From NCBI GenBank assembly GCA_903888345.1, contig CAISTG010000036.1:1988-65987 (forward strand): DNA of 64,000 nt. Reading direction: 5' to 3'. The notes below the pieces were generated by a model. The model was not told the origin of the DNA. It searched no databases and was given only the letters and a program-made list of their open reading frames with translations. The first letter of the stretch is position 1; every line of letters begins with the position of its first letter. This document shows positions 10,386-19,260 of this stretch, one piece after another. The DNA is from Candidatus Buchananbacteria bacterium. GTDB lineage: Bacteria; Patescibacteriota; Patescibacteriia; 2-01-FULL-39-33. The position numbers and the translations under genes were made by a program.

Positions 10386-10985
10386 ATGACTTTGTCGGGA
10401 AAAAACAAGTTAACTGGCTTAATAGCGTTTATTGGCAAACAACAAAAACTGTTCGCTTGGTTGGTGGCACTTGTGATTTTGGTCGCGGGTTATCTGCTGA
10501 TTTTGCAGGGACCATTACGACTCTACGCCGAAAATGTGGTCGTAGAAGACAGGCTAATTGCTGAAATTAAACTGGCCACCAATAATTTAAATGATGCTCG
10601 AAATTATTCTTCACAACTTTATAAGCTATCGACCGAAGAATCGCGTTGGTTGAATTTGGTCTTGCCAGAAAAGCCCGATCCATCATCATTGATTGAGCAT
10701 TTGACTTCACTTGCGCGCCGTGCGGGTTTTAATGTTGCTAGTATTACTTTAGATGAAGCTAATAATCAGGTGGAAGCGCAGGCCGCAACTACTAATGGTC
10801 AGCAGAATATTGGCAAGATTGTAGTCCGACTGAATTTGACTGGTGGTGGCTATCAAGAACTAAAGCGCTTTTTAGATTTAGCGCAGTCTTCAATTATGAT
10901 GATTGACGTTACTTCAATAAATTTTGGCGGTAAAAATTCCGCTTATGATCTGGCCTTGATTGTTTATTATTATCGTAACCAATAA
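10386..10985 (+). CDS. pilO: PilO-like type IV pilus inner-membrane component.
   Basis: 199 aa with an N-terminal transmembrane helix, coiled coil and C-terminal periplasmic domain. Positioned between pilN and pilB. Confidence 0.55.
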   Translation: MTLSGKNKLTGLIAFIGKQQKLFAWLVALVILVAGYLLILQGPLRLYAENVVVEDRLIAEIKLATNNLNDARNYSSQLYKLSTEESRWLNLVLPEKPDPSSLIEHLTSLARRAGFNVASITLDEANNQVEAQAATTNGQQNIGKIVVRLNLTGGGYQELKRFLDLAQSSIMMIDVTSINFGGKNSAYDLALIVYYYRNQ

Positions 10986-10987
10986 CT

Positions 10988-11311
10988 ATGAGTGCGGCAA
11001 AATCAAAAATTAAAAGTTCTGATTGGTTTATCATGATTATCTGTTCGCTAATGCTGGCGGTAATGGTTTTCTGGTATTTTAAAATAAACAGTCCCAGTGG
11101 GGAAGTAGCGCTTCCCGGCTCAGTAGGTTCTTTTCAAATTATTAATCATCAAGCACTAACAGAGTTAAAAGTTTTAAGACTTTGCGGTCAGTGGCCATTT
11201 ACGGCGGTCGTGCGAAGTGCTGATCGAGGTAATCCGTTCGTGCCGAAGAAAGCAGGAGTCACAGAGGTCGTAACTTCTTCGACGCCTGATTGTTTGTCCT
11301 TAAGTCAATAA
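10988..11311 (+). CDS. Small single-pass membrane protein of 107 aa within the pilus operon. Possible functional analogue of PilP; unknown.
   Basis: N-terminal transmembrane helix FIMIICSLMLAVMVFWYF. No recognisable domain. Tightly packed between pilO and pilB. Confidence 0.45.
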   Translation: MSAAKSKIKSSDWFIMIICSLMLAVMVFWYFKINSPSGEVALPGSVGSFQIINHQALTELKVLRLCGQWPFTAVVRSADRGNPFVPKKAGVTEVVTSSTPDCLSLSQ

Positions 11312-11314
11312 CCT

Positions 11315-13057
11315 ATGAATGAATCAAATTACCTGAGTAAAATAAAAGAATATCTATTGACCAATCATTTAATTGATGAGGTGAAATTTCGCGCGGCTCA
11401 AGTTAAATCGGAGCGCTCCGCTCGTGATTTGGAAGAGGTACTTTTGGATGATAAACTTTTTTCAGAGCGGGAATTTAATGATATTAAATCTAAAATTTTC
11501 AATTTGCCTGGGGTAGATTTATCAGAGCGGGAAGCTTCCACTAAGATTTTAAATTTGCTACCACAAAAAGTAGCCGATAATTATCAGGCAGTTATTTTTG
11601 AAAAGCAAGACAATAAAGTGAAGGTTGGTTTGGTTAATCCAGCGAATTTCTTGGCACATGACGCGATTGATTTTTTGGCTAAACAAAACGGTTGGCAAGT
11701 CGATTACTATGTCATTTCAGTCTACGACTTTCGTCGCTTATTCAAACAGTATGGCAGCTATAAAAAGGAATTAAGTAGTGCCTTAGAATCTGCCGAAGAA
11801 AAATTCGCTGTTAAAGACACTACCGCTGATCTGCCGGCTGGCGAACAATTTGATGAGCGTGTCAAGACTGCTCCCGTCGCCAAAATCGTTTCCGTGATTA
11901 TTAGACATGCTGTGGATGGTAAGGCCTCTGATATTCATATTGAACCGGGACGAACCGAAAGCCGTGTTCGTTATCGTGTTGATGGAGTTTTGCATACCTC
12001 ATTGAATTTACCTACTTATTTGCACAATACGGTCGTGTCTCGTATTAAGGTTATGGCAAATTTGCGCTTAGATGAAACGCGTTTGCCACAAGATGGACGT
12101 ATTCGCTCGCAAATTGACGGCAAGAATATTGATTTACGTATTTCGGTTTTGCCCATGCTTAATTCTGAGAAGGTGGTTATTAGAGTCCTTGACACTTCGG
12201 CTGGCGTTCCTTCGCTTAAGGCTTTGGGATTTTCAGATCAGCATGTGGCTATTATAGAACGTAATATCAAAAAACCATTTGGTGTAATTCTTTTAACTGG
12301 TCCGACGGGTAGCGGGAAAACCACAACCTTATGCTCGGTTTTAACAACTTTAAAAAGTGAAGCTTCAAATATCACCACTTTGGAAGATCCAATTGAATAC
12401 TATATTGATGGAGTTAATCAATCACAGGTCAACCCGGAAGTGGGTTTTACTTTCGCTGATGGTTTGCGGGCGATTTTGCGCCAAGATCCAAATATTATTA
12501 TGGTGGGAGAAATCAGAGATAGTGAGACAGCGGAGTTGGTTATTCATGCTGGTTTAACTGGCCATATGGTATTTTCGACTTTGCATACCAATAACGCTTG
12601 GGGCGCTATTCCGCGTATGATTGATATGAAGGCGGAACCTTTCCTATTATCTTCAATTCTTAATTTAGTTATGGCACAGCGTTTAGTGCGTAAATTGTGT
12701 CCTGATTGTCGCCAAGAAGAAACTTTGCCACCAGCCTTATTGGAGAAGATCGCTAAAGAATTGGCTGGCGTACCACAAGAGTATTTGGAAACCTTCACAA
12801 AAAATCCGAAATTTTTTCATGGTAAGGGTTGTGCGTCCTGCAATAATACTGGCTACTCCGGTCGTGCCGTTATCGCCGAATTACTGGAGATAGAACAAGA
12901 TTTGCGCGATATTATTTCCAAAGAAAATTTTGATTCGCAGGCGATTGAGGCGGCCTTTAAAAAACAGAAATACGTCTCATTGTTGCAAGATGGTATCGTG
13001 AAGGCGATGTCTGGTTTGACTTCCATTGACGAAATTATGCGCGTCATGCAAACTTAA
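11315..13057 (+). CDS. pilB: Type IV pilus assembly (extension) ATPase PilB, GspE family.
   Basis: N-terminal GSPII_E N domain. Walker A is LTGPTGSGKTTT. Asp box and Walker B are present. His box is GHMVFSTLHTNNA. The tetracysteine zinc motif reads CPDC...CASCNNTGYSGR. Confidence 0.9.
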   Translation: MNESNYLSKIKEYLLTNHLIDEVKFRAAQVKSERSARDLEEVLLDDKLFSEREFNDIKSKIFNLPGVDLSEREASTKILNLLPQKVADNYQAVIFEKQDNKVKVGLVNPANFLAHDAIDFLAKQNGWQVDYYVISVYDFRRLFKQYGSYKKELSSALESAEEKFAVKDTTADLPAGEQFDERVKTAPVAKIVSVIIRHAVDGKASDIHIEPGRTESRVRYRVDGVLHTSLNLPTYLHNTVVSRIKVMANLRLDETRLPQDGRIRSQIDGKNIDLRISVLPMLNSEKVVIRVLDTSAGVPSLKALGFSDQHVAIIERNIKKPFGVILLTGPTGSGKTTTLCSVLTTLKSEASNITTLEDPIEYYIDGVNQSQVNPEVGFTFADGLRAILRQDPNIIMVGEIRDSETAELVIHAGLTGHMVFSTLHTNNAWGAIPRMIDMKAEPFLLSSILNLVMAQRLVRKLCPDCRQEETLPPALLEKIAKELAGVPQEYLETFTKNPKFFHGKGCASCNNTGYSGRAVIAELLEIEQDLRDIISKENFDSQAIEAAFKKQKYVSLLQDGIVKAMSGLTSIDEIMRVMQT

Positions 13058-13128
13058 TCTAGCGAGCGCTGATTTCTTGTCGGTCTGTTCCGACCCACTA
13101 ATAAATAATTATTTAATAACTTAGTTGT

Positions 13129-13509
13129 ATGCCAAAAAACAAACAGATTAATATCTTAATTGTGGAGGACGATGTATTTTTAGCGGATTTGTATAAAACC
13201 AAGTTTACTTTGGAAGGATTTAAAGTAATTACCGCCTATGATGGTGAAAAGGGCTTGGAAGCTGCCAAGAAAAATTTGCCGGATATTGTACTATTGGACT
13301 TGGTCTTACCAAAACTCAGTGGTTTCGATGTTCTCAAAGGCATTAAGGCTGATCCGGCTACCAAGAATATTCCGGTAATTTTGTTGACTAATTTGAGCCA
13401 AAAGTCTGATGTAGAAACCGGCATCAAATTAGGGGCGAATGACTATTTGATCAAGGCGCATTTTATGCCATCAGAAGTGGTTGAAAAAATAAAAAAACTT
13501 ATCAATTAA
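13129..13509 (+). CDS. Stand-alone response-regulator receiver domain, CheY/PilH-like, 126 aa.
   Basis: ILIVEDD acidic pocket. Phospho-acceptor Asp sits in LLDLVLP. A conserved Lys sits in YLIKAHF. There is no output domain. The gene lies between pilB and the pilT-like gene. Confidence 0.8.
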   Translation: MPKNKQINILIVEDDVFLADLYKTKFTLEGFKVITAYDGEKGLEAAKKNLPDIVLLDLVLPKLSGFDVLKGIKADPATKNIPVILLTNLSQKSDVETGIKLGANDYLIKAHFMPSEVVEKIKKLIN

Positions 13510-13519
13510 TTGACGGTTT

Positions 13520-14587
13520 ATGGAAGTGAGTCAGAACGCTGTGCTGCGTGATATTTTATCAGAATTGATTAAATTGCGGGCTTCCGATGTCCATTTTTCG
13601 GTTGGTAATTATCCTACTTTGCGTATTGGTCGCGAATTACGGTCGCTGGAGCAACGAGAGTTGATTAACCAGGAATTTATGGAAAAGTTGGTTAATTTTT
13701 TGTTAACCAAAGAACAGCAGGCCAAATTATATCGAGACAAAGAAATAATTATTGCCTATGATTTTGATAAACAGCTGCGTTTTAAGGTGATTATTTTTTA
13801 TCAGCGGTCCTTCTTGTCGGCGACTTTGCGGTATATTCCTCGCCAGCTTGCCACCTTAAGTGAATTGGGTGTAGCAGAAGTGATTTCCCAGTTTACTACC
13901 TTGAGTAGTGGTTTAGTAATAATTTCTGGCACTTTTGGTTCGGGGCGCTCATCCACGACGGCGGCTCTAATTGAGGAGATTAATCGCACCAAGAAAAAGT
14001 ATATTTTAACAATCGAGGATCCAATTGAATATATATTTGTTAATAATTTGAGCATTATTGAACAGCGTGAAGTTGGACGTGACACCAATTCTTTCGCTGA
14101 TGCCCTGAAGTATTTTCAGGAAGAAGATGGTGATGTGCTTTATCTAGAACAGATGTCGCCGTCAGAAATTATACCCTCAGTATTAGAGATTGCCAGTAAT
14201 TCTTTGGTGGTGACTTCGATGGCCGCAGATACGGCTACGAAAACAATTGCTGCGATTATCGATAGTTTCACCAGTTTTGATCAAGAACGAGTTAAGGATT
14301 TGTTGGCGAGTTCGTTGCGGGCGGTTGTTTGTCAAAAAATGATACCGCGGGCGGGCGGAGGAGTAAAAGTCATATGTGAAGTCTTATTGGCAAATAATTC
14401 TGTTAAATCCATAATTTCGAGTGGCAATATCAATCAATTGGAGGGCATTATCCAGACCTCGCGTCAGGAGGGAATGATTAGTTTTAACCAAGCCTTGAGT
14501 GAAGCCGTTAAAAGGGGAGAGATTAAACCGGCTGAAGCGCTGGCTCACGCTCCTAACGCGGCGGTCCTGCAAGATTTAATCCGTTAA
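13520..14587 (+). CDS. pilT: PilT-like retraction-ATPase homolog with degenerate catalytic motifs; probable pseudo-ATPase.
   Basis: Overall PilT architecture, length and the IEDPIEY Walker B/Asp box are kept. Walker A reads GTFGSGRSS, with Lys replaced by Arg (codon near 13946-13948). The His box (HTN) is replaced by SMAADTA. GEMRD is replaced by EQMS. The PilB in the same window keeps all of these motifs. Confidence 0.8.
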   Translation: MEVSQNAVLRDILSELIKLRASDVHFSVGNYPTLRIGRELRSLEQRELINQEFMEKLVNFLLTKEQQAKLYRDKEIIIAYDFDKQLRFKVIIFYQRSFLSATLRYIPRQLATLSELGVAEVISQFTTLSSGLVIISGTFGSGRSSTTAALIEEINRTKKKYILTIEDPIEYIFVNNLSIIEQREVGRDTNSFADALKYFQEEDGDVLYLEQMSPSEIIPSVLEIASNSLVVTSMAADTATKTIAAIIDSFTSFDQERVKDLLASSLRAVVCQKMIPRAGGGVKVICEVLLANNSVKSIISSGNINQLEGIIQTSRQEGMISFNQALSEAVKRGEIKPAEALAHAPNAAVLQDLIR

Positions 14588-14597
14588 TCTTATTACC

Positions 14598-15806
14598 ATG
14601 AGTATTTATCATTTTAAGGCGCGAGATAGTAAGGGCCAATATGTTGAGGGTGTCGTAGAGGCAATTTCGACCGAAGCTGCTGCCGAAATCGTCTCGGGTA
14701 AAAAACTGGCCATTTTGGAAATATCGTTACAGCCGTTAAGGTCACCCATTTTTTTGGCGGATTTTTTTGCTAAAAAGGTTTCTACCAAGGATTTAGTGGT
14801 TTTTTTTAGACAATTATCGGTAATGTTAGAAGCAAATTTACCTTTGGTTCGGGCTTTAAGGATCTTATCTCGACAAACCAAAAATAAGTTTTTTCAAAAG
14901 ATTATCGATGGTGCCGCAGACGAAGTGGATGGAGGTAGCCTTTTGTCGGCCGCGTTAGAGATTTATCCTCGAGTTTTCACCAAATTTTATGTAAATATTA
15001 TCCGCTCAGGTGAGACTTCTGGCCGTCTGTCTGAAGTCATGATTTATTTGGCTAATCAAAAGGAGAAGGATTACGACGTTGAATCAAAAGTTAAGGGGGC
15101 AATGATCTATCCCGCGTTTATTTTAGGTGCCTTAGCCGTTGTTGGTTTTATTGTTTTGACTTTTGTTATTCCGAGTATGACGGCGATGCTAGTCGAATCT
15201 GGAGTAACTTTACCACTTTTAACACGACTTTTGATTGGTTTATCAAATATTTTCAAAAATTACTGGTGGTTAATAATCTCATTGGTTTTGGCTTTTATCG
15301 TTTTCTGGAATTATTGGCTTAAAACCGAGATCGGACGCAAGTTTTTTGATGAGGCTAAGTTAAGGTTGCCAATTTTTGGCAAAGTATTTCAGAATATTTA
15401 TATCGTGAGAATTTGCTTGAGTTTTGCTACCCTGATTAAGGGCGGAGTGCCAATTGCTGTTTCGCTCGGGGTAGTTAAGGACGTTGTGGATAACGTTATT
15501 TATGAACAGATCTTAGTTACGGCCACTAAAAGCGTCGGTGAGGGCAATCAGATCGCTGCGAGTCTGGCTACGAGTCACTATATTCCGACCGTGGTCACTC
15601 AAATGATTGCCGTGGGCGAGGAATCGGGAAAGTTAGAGGAAATACTAGAAAAAGTGGCTGATTTTTACTCGCGCGAAATCGATAACACAGTTAGTAACCT
15701 CTCAAGTTTGCTCGAGCCAATTATTATGATTATTTTAGGGTTGGCAGTTGGCGTCTTTGTGGCGGCCGTAATTTTGCCGATGTGGCAACTCTCTTCCTCT
15801 TTTTAG
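14598..15806 (+). CDS. pilC: Type IV pilus inner-membrane platform protein PilC, GspF family.
   Basis: N-terminus MSIYHFKARDSKGQYVEGVVEA is typical of PilC. Two T2SSF repeats with three transmembrane segments. Length 402 aa. Confidence 0.9.
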   Translation: MSIYHFKARDSKGQYVEGVVEAISTEAAAEIVSGKKLAILEISLQPLRSPIFLADFFAKKVSTKDLVVFFRQLSVMLEANLPLVRALRILSRQTKNKFFQKIIDGAADEVDGGSLLSAALEIYPRVFTKFYVNIIRSGETSGRLSEVMIYLANQKEKDYDVESKVKGAMIYPAFILGALAVVGFIVLTFVIPSMTAMLVESGVTLPLLTRLLIGLSNIFKNYWWLIISLVLAFIVFWNYWLKTEIGRKFFDEAKLRLPIFGKVFQNIYIVRICLSFATLIKGGVPIAVSLGVVKDVVDNVIYEQILVTATKSVGEGNQIAASLATSHYIPTVVTQMIAVGEESGKLEEILEKVADFYSREIDNTVSNLSSLLEPIIMIILGLAVGVFVAAVILPMWQLSSSF

Positions 15807-15951
15807 TTAAAATAAGTTGTTAAATGTGCTATAATAATAATGTCAGGCTGTGGAAAACTTTTTAAAAGGTCGAAATCAATTTTTTTACGGCTCAACATTT
15901 TATCCATTCGCGAATGGGAAAAAATTTTTATTTAAAAACTAATCAAACATT

Positions 15952-16350
15952 ATGAATAAGAAAGGTTTTACTTTGATCGAATTATTGGTGGTTATCGCCA
16001 TCATCGCCATTCTTTCTGCTGTCGCCGTCGTTTATTTAACTGACGCTCGTACTAAAGCTCAGGATGCCGCTGTTGCTTCTAATATCTCAACTGCTTCAAC
16101 TCAATTAGAATTGGATAGAATTGCTTCTACCACTTTCGCCGTTAATGGCGACATTGCTTCTATCATCACCAAATTGGGCGCTTATCCTTGCGCTGCTGGT
16201 AAGACTGGTTGGACAGCTATTGGTAATAGCGATTCTAGCAGTGTGGCTTTTTATGCTCAGAATTGTTCTAATTCTAGCTACTTCTGTGCTGATACCAATG
16301 GTTTTAGAGGTTCTAGCACTTTGGCCGCTCTTAACGGCGCTTGCCGCTGA
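15952..16350 (+). CDS. pilA: Major type IV pilin, PilA-like prepilin.
   Basis: MNKKG|FTLIELLVVIAIIAIL is a canonical prepilin leader with a G-F cleavage site and Glu5. The C-terminal domain has two Cys pairs. The gene is followed by a strong terminator. Confidence 0.85.
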   Translation: MNKKGFTLIELLVVIAIIAILSAVAVVYLTDARTKAQDAAVASNISTASTQLELDRIASTTFAVNGDIASIITKLGAYPCAAGKTGWTAIGNSDSSSVAFYAQNCSNSSYFCADTNGFRGSSTLAALNGACR

Positions 16351-16380
16351 AGATAGGTTGACTGTAAATTTCAAACATGA

Positions 16381-16412
16381 ATCCGCCTCGGGTTACCGGG
16401 GCGGATTTTTTT
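16381..16412 (+). terminator. Rho-independent terminator after the major pilin gene.
   Basis: Stem atccgcc-tcgg ... ccg-ggcggat followed by a run of 7 T, placed about 30 nt after the pilA stop. Confidence 0.65.
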
Positions 16413-16446
16413 AATGGTCGAGTTATGGTATAATATTAGTAAATAT

Positions 16447-16854
16447 ATGTTACAACGACTAAGATTTAAAATTATTTTATATTTGGCAATTTTCGCGATT
16501 TTGCTACTAGCTTTGGCATTTTGGATTTATCTGGCACGCGCGCAGAGTCGGGATTATCAGCGCTTGGCTGACTTAAAGATAACGCAAGATATACTGGCTA
16601 GTTATTATGGCAAATTTGCGACCTATCAATTGCCAAATTGTCTTGTCGGAGAAACAGTCAGTCAATGTTTGTCGACTAAAGTTGGTTCTCCGGTAATTAA
16701 CAATATTATTGACCCACTTAATAATACGTCTTATAGTTACGTTATCGGTAGTTTAGCGGACTCTGATTATGAGATTAATTTTTCCTTAGAGGTGGGTATT
16801 GGTGGTTTAAGCCGAGGCAATTATGTTTTAACAAAAAATGGCATTAGACGATGA
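16447..16854 (+). CDS. Pilin-like protein without a canonical prepilin cleavage/methylation motif.
   Basis: MLQRLRFK, a hydrophobic helix, then ARAQSRDYQRLADLKITQDILASYY. This matches the conserved ARDARR.ADLKQIQTAL..YY alpha1-C motif of T4 pilins, but no G|FTLIE site is present. The alternative start at 16414 lies directly after the pilA terminator. The 3' end overlaps the pilD start. Confidence 0.45.
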   Translation: MLQRLRFKIILYLAIFAILLLALAFWIYLARAQSRDYQRLADLKITQDILASYYGKFATYQLPNCLVGETVSQCLSTKVGSPVINNIIDPLNNTSYSYVIGSLADSDYEINFSLEVGIGGLSRGNYVLTKNGIRR

Positions 16855-17624
16855 TTTATCTTAACTTATTAGTAGTCTCTCTGGGCTTGGTAGTCGGCAG
16901 CTTTCTTAATGCCTTGATTTATCGAATTCATAGTGGCGAATCAATTGCGGCCGGTCGGTCAAAATGCCCACATTGTCAGCACTCTTTAACGATTAAAGAT
17001 TTGGTGCCTGTTTTAAGTTTTGTTTGGTTACGCGGACATTGCCGATATTGTCGTCAAGCCATCGCCTGGCAATATCCGGTAGTTGAAGCAGTAACTGCTT
17101 TGCTATTTTGGTTGGCCTTCAGTGTCAATCTTCAACTCTATCCGACTAATTGGGAGTTAGTAGCACATTGTTTCCGAGATTTTTTGGTTCTTAGTGCTCT
17201 GGTTGTGGTGTTTGTCTATGATTTAAAGTGGATGTTGATTCCTGACAGCGTTGTTTTACCGGTGGTGGTGGTCACAGTGATTATTAATCTATTATTGGGC
17301 CAATCGCTGCTGCAATTATTGCTGAGTCTAGCTATTGGTTTTGGTTTTTTTGCTATTCAATATTATTTTTCTGGCGGTACCTGGATCGGCGGTGGTGATT
17401 TACGCCTGGGTTTGTTAATGGGAGCAGTTTTGGCTTGGCCCAATTTGTTGGTCGCGATTTTCTTGGCATATATCGTGGGAGCGACGGTCAGTGTCGGACT
17501 ATTATTGACCAAGAAAGTCAATCGTAAAACTGAGGTACCTTTTGGTGTTTTTTTGGCGCCGGCCACCGTAGTCGCTTTACTGTGGGGTAGTCAATTGCTT
17601 AATTGGTATCTTTCTCTTTTATGA
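16851..17624 (+). CDS. pilD: Prepilin peptidase / N-methyltransferase PilD (A24 family).
   Basis: N-terminal zinc motif CPHCQHS...CRYCRQ. Eight predicted transmembrane segments. Conserved Asp-containing segments are present. Confidence 0.9.
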   Translation: MIYLNLLVVSLGLVVGSFLNALIYRIHSGESIAAGRSKCPHCQHSLTIKDLVPVLSFVWLRGHCRYCRQAIAWQYPVVEAVTALLFWLAFSVNLQLYPTNWELVAHCFRDFLVLSALVVVFVYDLKWMLIPDSVVLPVVVVTVIINLLLGQSLLQLLLSLAIGFGFFAIQYYFSGGTWIGGGDLRLGLLMGAVLAWPNLLVAIFLAYIVGATVSVGLLLTKKVNRKTEVPFGVFLAPATVVALLWGSQLLNWYLSLL

Positions 17625-18130
17625 AACGAGGTTTTACCTTAGTTGAATTATTGGTGGCGATGGCAATTGTTAGTTTGTTGTCGACTTTTGTCGTTTTTAA
17701 ATATGTCGAAAATGATCAAGTAAAACATCTAAAAAATCAAGCGGAACTTATTATTGATGGCCTGGAAAAAACGCAAAATATGGCTTTGACCGGCCAAACA
17801 ACTAGTGACCGAACACCGCTAGCTTATCGTTTTCAGCTGGCGGAATGTACCACTGATTGTTCTTATCAAATAGTTGCTGTGTTTGCTGCTGATGGGCAGG
17901 ACGAAGAAGTCGTTGAGAATAAAAATTTCGGTCAAGCGCTTATAACAACTAATACTGGTCAGCCCTTGTTGGCAACTTTTAATTTACCGCGGGGCCGCTT
18001 AAGTCTTAATGACAATCAGGCGGATTCGGCTTGGGCACAGATTGCTAATGAGGATAGTTTCTTTTGTGTTAAAGTAATTGCTGTTTCTGGACGCCTCGAT
18101 TTGCTCAGTGGTGAATGTACTAATTTATGA
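17621..18130 (+). CDS. Minor pilin / pseudopilin with a prepilin-type N-terminus.
   Basis: MKRG|FTLVELLVAMAIVSLL. The ORF-track start at 17603 adds 6 residues. Confidence 0.75.
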   Translation: MKRGFTLVELLVAMAIVSLLSTFVVFKYVENDQVKHLKNQAELIIDGLEKTQNMALTGQTTSDRTPLAYRFQLAECTTDCSYQIVAVFAADGQDEEVVENKNFGQALITTNTGQPLLATFNLPRGRLSLNDNQADSAWAQIANEDSFFCVKVIAVSGRLDLLSGECTNL

Positions 18131-18705
18131 TGAGGGCTAAAGGTCAAAGTTTAATTGAATTGATTGTGGCAGTCGCCGTAATTCAGGTCGGCTTGTTTAG
18201 TATTTGGTCATTATTTTTGGTGAATTTTAATGCCGAAAAGGAGGCGGAATATCGTATTGTTGGTGTTAATCTAGCACGCGAAGGCATTGAAGTTATTAAG
18301 AATATTCGCGATGCTAATTGGCAAAAACGTCAGTATAATGTTATGGCGAATGAAACTCAGATCTACTCTTGGGATCAGAATTTAACGGCTGGCACGTGGA
18401 GTGTTAATTTTTCTAGTCGTGTACCTAATGCCGAAACAATGTCCGCCTTATATTTTGATAGTGCAGGATTTTTTACGACCGCCAAGACGGCTAGTACAAC
18501 TCCGTATAGTCGTCAAATCAAAATTAAGAATATTTGTTGTGCGGATGCTAATAGTGACTATAAATGCGATAACACCAATTATTACCTCAGTTCAGATTAC
18601 TGTGCTTCAAAGATTGGTATTAATGTGGTTAGTCAAGTGAACTGGCAAATCACTGGGCATCAACGGCAATCAATTATTGAAGATAATTTATATGATTGGC
18701 AATAA
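18127..18705 (+). CDS. Minor pilin / pseudopilin.
   Basis: MMRAKGQ|SLIELIVAVAVIQ prepilin-like N-terminus. C-terminal domain is Cys-rich. Confidence 0.7.
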   Translation: MMRAKGQSLIELIVAVAVIQVGLFSIWSLFLVNFNAEKEAEYRIVGVNLAREGIEVIKNIRDANWQKRQYNVMANETQIYSWDQNLTAGTWSVNFSSRVPNAETMSALYFDSAGFFTTAKTASTTPYSRQIKIKNICCADANSDYKCDNTNYYLSSDYCASKIGINVVSQVNWQITGHQRQSIIEDNLYDWQ

Positions 18706-19258
18706 CCAGTGGCGACAACAACGAGGCTTTACTTTGGCGGAAATGATTGTTACTGTCGGTGTGTTTGCTATTGCGCTTTCGATTGCTTCAGTTGTTATTT
18801 TGAGTGTGAATAAATTGCAGCAGAATACCGCTAATTTAGAAAAATTACAAAATGAAGGTCGCTACTTAATGGAAAAGATGGCCAAAGAAGTGCGTGGTCG
18901 AGCCTTGGATTATTCTCAGTTGTCTAGTGATCTTGATGGAGTCGCTAGCACTTTAGTTTTTAAACAAGATGAGTTGGGTGAGACTTTAGCTATCAGTTAT
19001 TTGCCTGACGACCAAGCCATCAGGTTAACTAGCGCTCAAGACGGCAGGACCAACTCCGCTAATCTAAATTCCGAGGAGGTGCTGGTAACATCGGCTAAGT
19101 TTATTGTTAATCCGCTTCTTGATCCGGCGACAGAAAGTACACCCCTAGAGCAGCCGCGAGTAACGATTTTACTAACTCTTAAGAATCGTGATGGGCGGGC
19201 AGAATTTCAAAAACAATTAACCTTACAAACCACCATTTCCAGTAATATTTATCGCTAA
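18692..19258 (+). CDS. Minor pilin / pseudopilin.
   Basis: ...QQRG|FTLAEMIVTVGVFAIAL prepilin motif with Glu5. Confidence 0.7.
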   Translation: MIGNNQWRQQRGFTLAEMIVTVGVFAIALSIASVVILSVNKLQQNTANLEKLQNEGRYLMEKMAKEVRGRALDYSQLSSDLDGVASTLVFKQDELGETLAISYLPDDQAIRLTSAQDGRTNSANLNSEEVLVTSAKFIVNPLLDPATESTPLEQPRVTILLTLKNRDGRAEFQKQLTLQTTISSNIYR

Positions 19259-19260
19259 AT

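Noticed and set aside
16105-16414. ORFs 16105..16374 (-) and 16121..16414 (+) overlapping the major pilin gene.
   Set aside because: Alternative frames of pilA. The pilin frame has the unmistakable prepilin leader.
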